A stretch of 64,000 nt of DNA from Candidatus Hydrogenedens sp. (GTDB lineage Bacteria; Hydrogenedentota; Hydrogenedentia; Hydrogenedentales; Hydrogenedentaceae). The notes under the pieces were generated by a model. The model searched no databases. It worked only from the letters and a program-made list of their open reading frames with translations, and had not been told where the DNA came from. Location of the stretch: NCBI GenBank assembly GCA_049968235.1, contig JBMFRC010000004.1, positions 190,013 through 254,012 on the forward strand, given 5' to 3'. Numbering within the stretch: position 1 is the first letter of the stretch; each line of letters starts with the position of its first letter. Made by a program: the position numbers and the translations under genes. Shown one piece after another: positions 20,762-29,769 of this stretch.

Positions 20762-22300
20762 ATGAATGTTTTATTAGTTTCACTCCAAAAAAATTTTAGT
20801 ATTATTGGCTTAAAACTCTTACACGAGATATTACGCAGAGAGGGCTTTAATTCTAACATTTTATACATACCGGGCTTCCCACAGGATTCAAAAAATCTCG
20901 ATTCTCTAAAAGGATATATAAAAGATTTTTCACCAGAATGGATAGGGGTAAGTCTTACATCAACAGAGTATAAATATGCAAGGGATTTTACATTATTTAT
21001 GAAAAAAAACTTTGACATCCCGGTAATATGGGGTGGAGTAGAACCTACTGTTTCGCCCGAGCACTGTATAGATTATGCTGACTATGTGTGTATAGGAGAA
21101 GGGGAGAAAGCAGTTATAGATATTTCAAATGTTATAAAAAATGGTAAAAAGTTAGAAAATATTAACAATTTAGCATTCAGAGATGGAAAAGAAATTCATA
21201 GAAATCCATTAAACCCTTTAATTGAGAACTTGGATGAGTTACCTTTTATACCTCGTGTACCCTCTAACTCATTCTTGTTATACAAAGGTAAATTACTAGA
21301 ACTAACTCATAAACTGGTTAGAAAAAATACAGTACTCCACGCAAGCATTTACAGAGTCATAAATAGCCGCGGATGTCCAATGCACTGTACTTTTTGCATA
21401 AATTCCTTCTACTTTGATTTGTATCCCACCTATCATTTTAGGACTGCTTCACCTAAACACATAATAGAAGGTATAGTCCGTGGTCTGCAGGAGCCACTAC
21501 CAGTTGCAGTTATATCATTTTTAGATGAAAACTTCTTCGCCCGCAAAAAAGAAGACTTGGACATGTTCTTCAAACTATACAAGGAAAGGGTAAACATCCC
21601 GTATATCATCTATTCTTCCCCGAATTACATCACCGATGAAAATCTTGAAAAGGCAATTGATTCAGGACTACGAGGTATTCAAATAGGTTTACAGAGCGGA
21701 AGTGAATCAGTCTGCAAAAACATTTACAAAAGGACTGTCTCCATCAAAAAATTCTTGGAAAGTGTAGAAAGAGTAAAAAGATATGATGTTGTCCCTAATA
21801 TTGATGTCATCTGCGATAACCCATTCGAGACACTCGAAGATGACTTAGCGACAATCGAAGTTTTGTGCAAAATTCCAAAACCTTACTTTTTCTATCTGCT
21901 TTCTTTAACATTCTTTGAAGGTATCCCTCTGAGAAAAATAGCTGAAGAAAAAAAACCCGAAGTTCTTCATGACCCACATGTAAAAGATATCCTCATAACC
22001 AAACCTACAACCGTAAACAGACTAAAACATTTAGCTGGCATATCTCCGTCTAAAATTGTCATGTTCTTCAGCAAGTGGTATAAGAAAAATCCTGATTCAG
22101 TAATACTAAAAATACTTGTAGAAATTTGCTTTTGGTTCACACTAATTTTCATCCAACCATTTGTATTTCTCTGGATACTTTATATCTTTAGCAAAAAGTC
22201 TATAAAGCAAATGTTAAAGTATCTTTACTATTTTGTCGATTTCCGTATATTCAAAACCTTCAACTTCTGGCGAACTTCTAAAGACACAGCCCAAACATAA
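20762..22300 (+). CDS. B12-binding-domain radical SAM protein with a hydrophobic C-terminal tail.
   Basis: N-terminal B12-binding-like region. Canonical cluster RGCPMHCTFC (CX3CX2C). C-terminal TM segments (ILVEICFWFTLIFIQPFVFLWILYIF). Confidence 0.75.
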   Translation: MNVLLVSLQKNFSIIGLKLLHEILRREGFNSNILYIPGFPQDSKNLDSLKGYIKDFSPEWIGVSLTSTEYKYARDFTLFMKKNFDIPVIWGGVEPTVSPEHCIDYADYVCIGEGEKAVIDISNVIKNGKKLENINNLAFRDGKEIHRNPLNPLIENLDELPFIPRVPSNSFLLYKGKLLELTHKLVRKNTVLHASIYRVINSRGCPMHCTFCINSFYFDLYPTYHFRTASPKHIIEGIVRGLQEPLPVAVISFLDENFFARKKEDLDMFFKLYKERVNIPYIIYSSPNYITDENLEKAIDSGLRGIQIGLQSGSESVCKNIYKRTVSIKKFLESVERVKRYDVVPNIDVICDNPFETLEDDLATIEVLCKIPKPYFFYLLSLTFFEGIPLRKIAEEKKPEVLHDPHVKDILITKPTTVNRLKHLAGISPSKIVMFFSKWYKKNPDSVILKILVEICFWFTLIFIQPFVFLWILYIFSKKSIKQMLKYLYYFVDFRIFKTFNFWRTSKDTAQT

Positions 22301-22607
22301 GAAAATCAACCTGGTCTCAAGCACAATTAGAATATTCGATAACGACAAGTGTATTGGGTACCACGAAGAAATTCAAAATTTAGCAAGTTAATATCTAAAA
22401 CTAAAAAAACTCCTTTCATCAGTCTGCGAATAATCAATTCATTTAATTAAAAAGTATTCAGCCCACTTTATTACCACTTCACAATTAAAATAAAGAATAT
22501 ATATCCAATATTAAGAGGACGATATGAGAATTTAAGAAACGATAGAATTTGAAGGAGTTTACTACCCACCTTCTGCTGAGTAAAAAAAACAGCCCTCAGG
22601 AAAATAT

Positions 22608-22890
22608 ATCTTCGACCTATAAGAAATTGGACATAGATAGTAAACGCAGACCTATAACAGAGGGGGAAACATAATGCCAGAAAAGGTATTCGAGTATATA
22701 ATAAACAGGCATAGTGGCAGGGTCATAAAGAGGATTTAAGAAAAGGAATTCCTTTAATGACCCAGCATTTATATGAACTAAACTGGAATACTCATCCCAC
22801 CACCCTGATTCATCTGAAGTTTTATATATACAAATAACAAAAGCCAATAAAATAATAAGCAAACAAAAAACAAACACTTGTATATTATGT
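22608..22890. repeat. Second copy of the roughly 300-bp GT-C 5'-end segment (partner of 14728..15033).
   Basis: Direct DNA comparison, as for the partner copy. Confidence 0.8.
22617..22877 (-). pseudogene. Truncated 5' fragment (about aa 14-100) of a subfamily-B GT-C glycosyltransferase gene; a duplicate of the 5' end of the gene at 12847..15060.
   Basis: The translation VFVFCLLIILLAFVICIYKTSDESGWWDEYSSLVHINAGSLKEFLFLNPLYDPATMPVYYILEYLFWHYVSPSVIGLRLLS is nearly identical to the N-terminus of the intact paralog. It terminates after MSNFL. The ORF track start is a GTG. Confidence 0.7.
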
Positions 22891-23389
22891 CTCTTAGGTA
22901 ATAATCCGGGATTTTGGATTATTTCCCCTGTCTTATCCTTCCAGTAAATCCCATTAATATTCTGTAATGACTCTTTTTCCGGAAAAGTTTCTATAATCTG
23001 CTTTAATGCAATTTCGCCTTCCCCGGGACCAGAATATCTATATCTACATCGTCAAAGACACCTTTTCGGACTGCAGAAGCATGTGGTCATCCTACAATAA
23101 TCCATGCAGAAGGACAGGCTGTTCTAAGCATAGGAATTAATGAAGGCAATAAATAGGCAAAGGTTGTAAAAGTAGATATACCTATAATATCGGGATTAAA
23201 TTCTTTAATACGCCCGCATAATTCTTCTACGCTATAATTTTCTAATCTTTGATTTAATATGCCTATATCAATATCTCTTAACGCCCTTCGGAGATACGCC
23301 GAAAGATAAAGTAAACCCATAGGAGGTGTGGCTAATGGATATAAAGGCCTTCGTAAACCCAGATTAACTAAAAACAATCTTTTCTTCAT
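22878..23389 (-). pseudogene. Decayed 5' portion of a third B12-binding radical SAM gene. It has an in-frame stop and a frameshift, and it is fused in frame to the GT-C fragment at 22877.
   Basis: MKKRLFLVNLGL...PPMGLLYLSAYL...NPDIIGISTFTTF aligns to the N-terminus of the 8806 protein. After the stop (IIVG*), PHASA...IDILVPG and then, in another frame, GEGEIALKQIIETFPEKESLQNINGIYWKDKTGEIIQNPGLLPKRHNIQ. These continue the alignment (GGPHTT...IDYVIPGDAEVPLLELLEKIF..IPDKVKGIIYKNEKDEIVDTG..PFPSRHIYNHE). Confidence 0.6.
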
Positions 23390-23439
23390 TTATCTCGGAC
23401 CTAAATAGTTAAAATTATACACCAAATTTTTTTATCATT

Positions 23440-24612
23440 TCAGATAGCATGGAAAAATTTTTCATAGGTATGTGCTGGTATAGCATGAAATTTACATAAA
23501 ATCCATACCAACCATTTAAATTTTCGAAGTAAGGGATAATACGAGGGATAGTCTGTAAAGTACTTATTGGGTGCATTAATAATTGCCTCAAATTCTTCAC
23601 GACTTATACCTTGTTTTCTTAAACAATGTTCAACTCGTTCTTCATCTTCAAAAAATGGAACTTCTCGTAACGCTCTTAATGCGGATTCGCGAGATATTAC
23701 ACCCGTTCTGACTTTTGCAGATAGTTCTACTACACGCCAGTCAAAACCGAATTTTCTCCGGGCATAATAGTAAACCAGAGTAAACAGTTCATTATCCAGG
23801 TGATGTTGCCCTGTATCCTGCCAATCAAATTTCTCTTTTAATAATTTCTCTACTTTTTCCCCCGTATCATCATAGTAATTGGTAATATTTATTACACGGA
23901 TTCTTTTCCAGAGAATCCAATAAATCATATCCTTTAATTCTACATTTTGAAAATGCTTTAACGGTATTGTGCAATATCGTTTGACAATAGCACGCGTATA
24001 TTTCCCGTCAATGTAGTTCCATTTCAATGGCGTTATCCCTTCTTCACGGAAGGAATGACTTAAAATAATGTAATGGACATTCTCGGCAACTGCAGTTCGA
24101 TATAAACTACTTGCAATGCCTATATCATCTGTTAGGTCAATATAAGGGACACAGGCGCGGATAGTTGCATTAGTCAATTCTCGTGATTCAGGCCAGTCCA
24201 TAATTATTGTATGTAATTCTACATCTAATTTATCGCAGAGTTTGGCAAGGTTTGTTTTGGCAATTTCCGAGTCCCAACCGTTATCAAAATGAACAGCCAG
24301 AGGACGCAATTTCATTATTTCCTTAACATAATATAAACAATAAGAAGTATCTCTCCCACCACTGACCCCAACTATACAATCGTATTTTTTTTCTTTTCCA
24401 TCGTTTCTTATCTTCTCTGCAATTTTTTGCAATATCATTGCTCCTTTTTCGCCGGTAGGAAAACGCCTATCCAATTTATCATGTATGTGGCAGAAATTAC
24501 ATATACCTTGATGATCTAAATAAACTCCCGGAATAGATGTATCCATAACACATCGTTTGCATAATGTTTTATCTTCATTTTGTCGAAACATATATCTACC
24601 AACTCTATTCAT
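23440..24612 (-). CDS. N-acetyl sugar amidotransferase (PP-loop ATP pyrophosphatase; WbuX/WbpG/LfnA/PseA family).
   Basis: N-terminal Cys4 zinc ribbon (CKRCVMDTS...CNFC). PP-loop VGVSGGRDTSY (SGGxDS). Followed by hisF/hisH paralogs, as in known acetamidino-sugar loci. Confidence 0.8.
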   Translation of the reverse strand: MNRVGRYMFRQNEDKTLCKRCVMDTSIPGVYLDHQGICNFCHIHDKLDRRFPTGEKGAMILQKIAEKIRNDGKEKKYDCIVGVSGGRDTSYCLYYVKEIMKLRPLAVHFDNGWDSEIAKTNLAKLCDKLDVELHTIIMDWPESRELTNATIRACVPYIDLTDDIGIASSLYRTAVAENVHYIILSHSFREEGITPLKWNYIDGKYTRAIVKRYCTIPLKHFQNVELKDMIYWILWKRIRVINITNYYDDTGEKVEKLLKEKFDWQDTGQHHLDNELFTLVYYYARRKFGFDWRVVELSAKVRTGVISRESALRALREVPFFEDEERVEHCLRKQGISREEFEAIINAPNKYFTDYPSYYPLLRKFKWLVWILCKFHAIPAHTYEKFFHAI

Positions 24613-25427
24613 AATCGTGATAATTCTAAATCAATCGGTTTTTTGGGGTCTCTTTTCCGAACATGTTCAGGTCGAAAATGCTCTAATAATTGTTCTTCTG
24701 TAGGATAAGTTATTAATACTGTTCTTCGAGGACCGTAAAAAAGGAAGAATGCCCCACATGCTACTGCAGAAACTCCCGAAAAATAATAGGCATCCGCTAA
24801 ATCTTTTACAGAACCTGCACCTCCGCAAGCAATTACAGGAATCTGGACATTATCTACAATCACTTTTATTAATTCCAAATCATATCCTTCAAGAGTCCCA
24901 TCTCTATCAATACTTGTAATTAATATTTCACCTGCTCCTTCTTCCTCCGCTCTTTTCGCCAATTCGATTGGATTCAATCCTGTTGATTTTCGTCCTCCAT
25001 GTGTGAATACTTCATATTTGCCATTTACTCTACGGACATCAATGGATACTACAATACATTGTCTTCCAAACTGTTCAGCGGATTTTTTTAATAAATCGGG
25101 AACCTCAATTACAGAAGTGTTAAGGACCACTCTATCAGCCCCTGCATTCAGTAATTCTCTTATGGTATTAATATCACGAATTCCGCCTCCAACTGTAAAC
25201 GGCATGGATGTTTCCGCAGATATTTGTTTCACTATCTCTATTTCTGGAGAGCGATTTTCAAGTGTTGCTACAATATCTAACAAGATTAATTCATCTACAT
25301 TATGTTGATTAAAAACACGAGCTGCATTAATGGGACAACCCACATATTTCGGATTGGTAAATTGGATTGTTTTTTCCAATCCCCAATGTCGTAATAAAAG
25401 GACAGGTATCACTCTAACTTTTAGCAT
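24609..25427 (-). CDS. Imidazole glycerol phosphate synthase cyclase subunit paralog (HisF-like; WbuZ/HisF2-type, LPS-associated).
   Basis: (beta/alpha)8 HisF signatures (VIPVLLL..., DELILLDI, GGGIR, VIACGGAG). 4-nt overlap with the upstream gene. Confidence 0.85.
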   Translation of the reverse strand: MLKVRVIPVLLLRHWGLEKTIQFTNPKYVGCPINAARVFNQHNVDELILLDIVATLENRSPEIEIVKQISAETSMPFTVGGGIRDINTIRELLNAGADRVVLNTSVIEVPDLLKKSAEQFGRQCIVVSIDVRRVNGKYEVFTHGGRKSTGLNPIELAKRAEEEGAGEILITSIDRDGTLEGYDLELIKVIVDNVQIPVIACGGAGSVKDLADAYYFSGVSAVACGAFFLFYGPRRTVLITYPTEEQLLEHFRPEHVRKRDPKKPIDLELSRL

Positions 25428-26109
25428 TCAATACCTCGTTTAAAAAATTTTGTATTAACATTGTACCACTGATATAACTCTTTTCGGGATGAAATTGAGT
25501 TCCATAAATATTCTTGTTTTGATATAAGGAAATAAATGGAATTCCATATTCCGTTATTCCCAGTTTTCCATTAATTTCCTTAAATGGAACAAAATAAGAA
25601 TGAGCAAAATAAAAATTAGGGGTTTCTATCATTCCGGATAACAATGATAATTCTTCTTTATAAACCTTTACATCGTTCCAACCGATATGTGGTACGCGAA
25701 TAGGGTCTTTAACTACATCTCGTATATGACAAACTCTTGCAGGTATCCATCCTAATCCCTTTGATTTTCCTTCCTCACTGAATTCTGTCATAATTTGAAA
25801 GCCTAAACAAATACCCAAGACGGGCTTTTTTAATTCTAATACATAATGATTTAATCTTCTGGTCAAGCCTATCTTTGTAAGGAAATCCATAGCACTTCCG
25901 CAAGCACCAACTCCAGGTAAGACAATTGCATCGAATTTATCCAACTCAATTTCATTACTAACAACTTCAATAGCAACTCCGGTTTTAGCAAAACAACGAT
26001 ATACTGAATGTATATTTCCTGCGGAGTAATCAATAATTCCAATTTTTATATTTTTATCTTGAAATATTTTCATTCCCACGGAAACTATCCTTGTTTTGTG
26101 CCACCACAA
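25414..26109 (-). CDS. Glutamine amidotransferase subunit paralog (HisH-like; WbuY/HisH2-type).
   Basis: Class I GATase: GVGACGSAM catalytic Cys region, and His/Glu in ...GTQFHPEKS. Confidence 0.85.
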   Translation of the reverse strand: MWWHKTRIVSVGMKIFQDKNIKIGIIDYSAGNIHSVYRCFAKTGVAIEVVSNEIELDKFDAIVLPGVGACGSAMDFLTKIGLTRRLNHYVLELKKPVLGICLGFQIMTEFSEEGKSKGLGWIPARVCHIRDVVKDPIRVPHIGWNDVKVYKEELSLLSGMIETPNFYFAHSYFVPFKEINGKLGITEYGIPFISLYQNKNIYGTQFHPEKSYISGTMLIQNFLNEVLNAKS

Positions 26110-27799
26110 AATTATTCAAAAACAGGTAATCCAGTCCTGACTCTATAAATGTCTGTAAGGCTTCTTCTGGAGTCCGAACAATGGGTGATTCATGCATATT
26201 GAAACTTGTATTCAGTATTACACTGGTTCCTGTTAATTCCTTATAATTTTTTAATATTTTATAAAAAGTCGGATTATTTTCTTTTTTTACAAGTTGGGCT
26301 CGCGTTGTTCCATCTATATGTACAACGGCACCATGTTGTTCTTTCATCTTTTGTGTACTTCGAAAACAGCATGTCATAAATTCACCTGCATGCCTTGCTT
26401 TTTCATATCCTATCAAAAACTGTTCCGCGTCCTCATATAAAAGAGCCGGAGCAAAAGGCATAAAATCACTTCGTTTTAACATAATGTTTAACTTTCCTGT
26501 TATATCCCGCATTGTAGAATCACATAAGATAGAACGATTACCTAAAGCACGTGGTCCCCATTCCATTTTATCATAAAATCGTGCAATAATTTTTTTATGA
26601 TAAAGACTTTCTGCTATAAATTGAAATATTTTTGTATCATCAAATTCCTGAAATGGAAGATTATATTTAAGTATTGCTGATTTAATTTCTTCGTTACTAA
26701 AACAATCTCCCCAAAATGCGTGCGGGAGGGGCTGGGGATTGAAATGGAATTGCGAACATATAGCCCCCAGGCTCAGTCCCCCATCTCCCATGTTTGGATA
26801 TACAAATAATTCTTCGACTTCTGGTAATTCATGTATTTTTTGATTTAGCAACACATTAGCAAATACTCCTCCTGCAACGGCTACCTTATTAAGTCCTGTT
26901 TTCTTTAGCCAATATTGAATTAAAGAACCAATTGTCTGTTCTAAGATATTTTGTGACCATGCACATAAATCCTCTCTTGAATATTTTTGTAATAATTGCA
27001 AAAGCCAGTCTCTTAATTTTTTACCATGAGGACCTTTGTATAAGAGAAGATTTTCATTCCATGAAAATGGGTTTTCATCTTTAATTTTGGATGCATCTCC
27101 ATGGGCAGAAAGTCCCGTAAGTTTTCCTTCATCTCTACAAGGAACAAAGCCTAATACCTCTGTTAAATTTTCAAAAAATAGGCCAAAAGAACTTTTAGCA
27201 GAGGATTTCCATAACCTTGTTATAATATTTCCATGTCCTTGAGAAACAGTTAAGGATAGTCCATCCCCCATTCCATCTGCAGTAACAATAAGTGCATTAT
27301 CATACCCCGAACAGAAATAACTTCCCCATGCATGGGCTTCGTGATGCTCAATAAAATAAATAGGGATATGAGGAGGAAGAAAGGGTAATCGCTTATGAAT
27401 TATTTTTTTCAAAATGACAGATAATTTTTTTTTCATTCCTTCGGATGGATTCATATAACTAATAGGATTATAAGAAACAGCCCATTCTGTAATATTACTC
27501 CAATATGTTTTACTTTTTTGATTTTTTTCTCGCCTTGAAAGAAATGCTTTTTTTTGTAAATTTGGGAATAAGCGAAAAAATGGGAATGGGGTTACAAATC
27601 CAGAGACACATACTCCTTCTATATCTTTCCAGGTTAAACCTGTTTGTTTTAAGGCATTTTCTAACGATAGGTATGGAAAGCCTCCCTCATTTTTTCTTTG
27701 TGTGTATCGTTCCTCGTTGGACATAAATAAAATTTTATCATCATCACAAAGAGTAACACCCGCGTCAAAAAAATCTTCACTAATTCCCAATATAATCAT
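26054..27799 (-). CDS. Carbamoyltransferase (NodU/CmcH/TobZ family O-carbamoyltransferase).
   Basis: N-terminal ILGISEDFFDAGVTLCDDDKILFMSNEERYTQRKNEGGFPY. Metal-binding IEHHEAHAWGSY. YrdC/Kae1-like architecture across 581 aa. Confidence 0.85.
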   Translation of the reverse strand: MIILGISEDFFDAGVTLCDDDKILFMSNEERYTQRKNEGGFPYLSLENALKQTGLTWKDIEGVCVSGFVTPFPFFRLFPNLQKKAFLSRREKNQKSKTYWSNITEWAVSYNPISYMNPSEGMKKKLSVILKKIIHKRLPFLPPHIPIYFIEHHEAHAWGSYFCSGYDNALIVTADGMGDGLSLTVSQGHGNIITRLWKSSAKSSFGLFFENLTEVLGFVPCRDEGKLTGLSAHGDASKIKDENPFSWNENLLLYKGPHGKKLRDWLLQLLQKYSREDLCAWSQNILEQTIGSLIQYWLKKTGLNKVAVAGGVFANVLLNQKIHELPEVEELFVYPNMGDGGLSLGAICSQFHFNPQPLPHAFWGDCFSNEEIKSAILKYNLPFQEFDDTKIFQFIAESLYHKKIIARFYDKMEWGPRALGNRSILCDSTMRDITGKLNIMLKRSDFMPFAPALLYEDAEQFLIGYEKARHAGEFMTCCFRSTQKMKEQHGAVVHIDGTTRAQLVKKENNPTFYKILKNYKELTGTSVILNTSFNMHESPIVRTPEEALQTFIESGLDYLFLNNFVVAQNKDSFRGNENISR

Positions 27800-27829
27800 G
27801 AATAATCAATCCTTTGAATTGAAAACAAT

Positions 27830-28816
27830 TTATATCCATAGAGCATTCCAGATTGCAGAAGGATTTAAATTCCATATTAAAGCAAGTTCTACTATCGGTG
27901 CACACCAACAGGTTGCACAACCTATAGGAACTGTTAATTGTTTTATTGACTTCTCGAAATTTTTTTCTGTTTCTTTTTTCTGTTTATACAGTTTTCGTGT
28001 TCCAAACAAGTGGCAGGAAAGTATCGTTCCATCCGGTTCTATTGTATATGTTAACCGACCTGCACAACACCATATTTTCGTGGGATGAGGCCAGTTGCTT
28101 AAATATTTTAAGCCTGCAAATGAATTGCGTACAGGTGCCCCCTGTTTTTTATTTTTTATAATGTACTGTATCGTATCAAAATACTCATCTTTATTAGGAG
28201 CAATTGGATTGGGTTTTAATGATGAATCCAGATGTAGAGTTGCAGGTTGAAACATTACTTTAATATGTTCTTCCTGAGCCTTTTGCAAAACATAATCTAT
28301 TGTTTTTATATTTAGTTTTGAAATTACACATAAAAAAGATGTAGATATATTTTTCATTTTGCAATATTTTACAACCTCAAATAAATGTTTGTAGGTCCCT
28401 TTACCTCGGATTTCATCATGTATCTCTTCGGGACCATCAAAACTTAAATTAATATGGTCAATATACTTCTCAATTCCGTCATGTTTTTCTATGTTTACCC
28501 CCGTAGAACTTAAAAAAATGTTCAATCCAAGTGATTTTGAATGTTGCAAAATTGTCATTATATCTTTTTTAATTAATGGTTCTCCTCCACCAAATGTAAT
28601 CCATCTTACACCTGATTTGTATAAGATTGTTAATCTTTCTATAATTTCTTCCGTATCTAACTCATTTATAGAAACTTCACGAGAACCACAGTAAAGGCAC
28701 TGATAAGGACAACGAAAAGTTAAATTCCATTCTACAAACAATGGTGCATTTATCCCTAATATTTTTGTTTTTATCCATGATTTTAAGAGTGCAGGGACGT
28801 TTTTTATTTTCTTCAT
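27830..28816 (-). CDS. Radical SAM enzyme with a C-terminal SPASM/twitch-type auxiliary Cys cluster domain.
   Basis: FRCPYQCLYCGS (CX3CX2C). C-terminal CCAGR...SCHLF...GCATCWCAP cysteine-rich region typical of SPASM domains. Confidence 0.8.
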   Translation of the reverse strand: MKKIKNVPALLKSWIKTKILGINAPLFVEWNLTFRCPYQCLYCGSREVSINELDTEEIIERLTILYKSGVRWITFGGGEPLIKKDIMTILQHSKSLGLNIFLSSTGVNIEKHDGIEKYIDHINLSFDGPEEIHDEIRGKGTYKHLFEVVKYCKMKNISTSFLCVISKLNIKTIDYVLQKAQEEHIKVMFQPATLHLDSSLKPNPIAPNKDEYFDTIQYIIKNKKQGAPVRNSFAGLKYLSNWPHPTKIWCCAGRLTYTIEPDGTILSCHLFGTRKLYKQKKETEKNFEKSIKQLTVPIGCATCWCAPIVELALIWNLNPSAIWNALWI

Positions 28817-29745
28817 TGAATACTTTCTTCCAAATGAATCTTTTTATATAATTTCAATCGAAATAGTGCTAACCAACCTACGGGAATCCATATCCAGAAT
28901 GTAATTATACGAAACAGTCCTATAACAAGGATTATTTCTGGCAACTGAACCTTAAGCCAGTGCAGAGAAATACTCATTGTTGTTTCAACAATCCCAATTC
29001 CTCCGGGGATTCCGCTACATATTGCGAGGAAGAGATTTCCCAACACAATCATTTCTGCTTGAGTTAAATATATTCCTGATTCTTTTCCTCCTAACAATAA
29101 ATAAAAAATAAGACCGTTAACAGCCCAACCTATTGAACAACCTATGCAAAATATGATGAGGAATAAAGGATGTGATAAATCATCTGCCAGTGATATTTTG
29201 AATTTTGATAACAAGGGCTTTGACATTTTAATGAATAAAGGGAACATAATTAATATTAAAAGTGAAAGAATTATCGGCAGGAGAAAAGTATTCGCATAAA
29301 ATCCTAAGGACATAATTATTATTAAAAATGCTCCTTCAAAAACACATAATAAAAATAGAAATTCTAAAGACATTGCCTTTGAGAGGGAAATATCTGTTGT
29401 TTTTGTAATTATATATCCTCTTAAAGCCCTTCCTAACTGTGCGGGCAATATAATTCCTGCTCCAGAACTCAGGTAAATCCAAACTGACTTCATTATAGGA
29501 ACATTTGCAGAATACTTTTTGAGCATACATCTCCATAAATAATAATCCAATATCCAGTCTAACAACCGTAAAGAACATGCAAACAGGAACAATCGCCATC
29601 TATTTATAATTAAATTCTTTATATCTGTAAGATTCTCTTCTCTTATCTGATAAATTCCAAAACAAGTTATTACAAAAAGAAGAACAAAACCAGATATATG
29701 TAGTAAATTTAATATTTTGTCTTTATTTTTTATAAAATTAAACAT
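28813..29745 (-). CDS. Polytopic membrane protein, flippase-like (UPF0104 / LPG-synthase-TM-region family-like).
   Basis: About 8 TM helices. Gly-rich segments (GIPGGIGIVETT). ATGA overlap with the downstream rSAM/SPASM gene. Confidence 0.5.
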   Translation of the reverse strand: MFNFIKNKDKILNLLHISGFVLLFVITCFGIYQIREENLTDIKNLIINRWRLFLFACSLRLLDWILDYYLWRCMLKKYSANVPIMKSVWIYLSSGAGIILPAQLGRALRGYIITKTTDISLSKAMSLEFLFLLCVFEGAFLIIIMSLGFYANTFLLPIILSLLILIMFPLFIKMSKPLLSKFKISLADDLSHPLFLIIFCIGCSIGWAVNGLIFYLLLGGKESGIYLTQAEMIVLGNLFLAICSGIPGGIGIVETTMSISLHWLKVQLPEIILVIGLFRIITFWIWIPVGWLALFRLKLYKKIHLEESIQ

Positions 29746-29769
29746 TAGTTAAATTATTTTAATTTAGGA

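Noticed and set aside
20644-21018. 124-aa minus-strand ORF overlapping the start of the B12-rSAM gene.
   Set aside because: Antisense to a well-supported CDS and to the AT-rich divergent promoter region. No motifs. Likely spurious.
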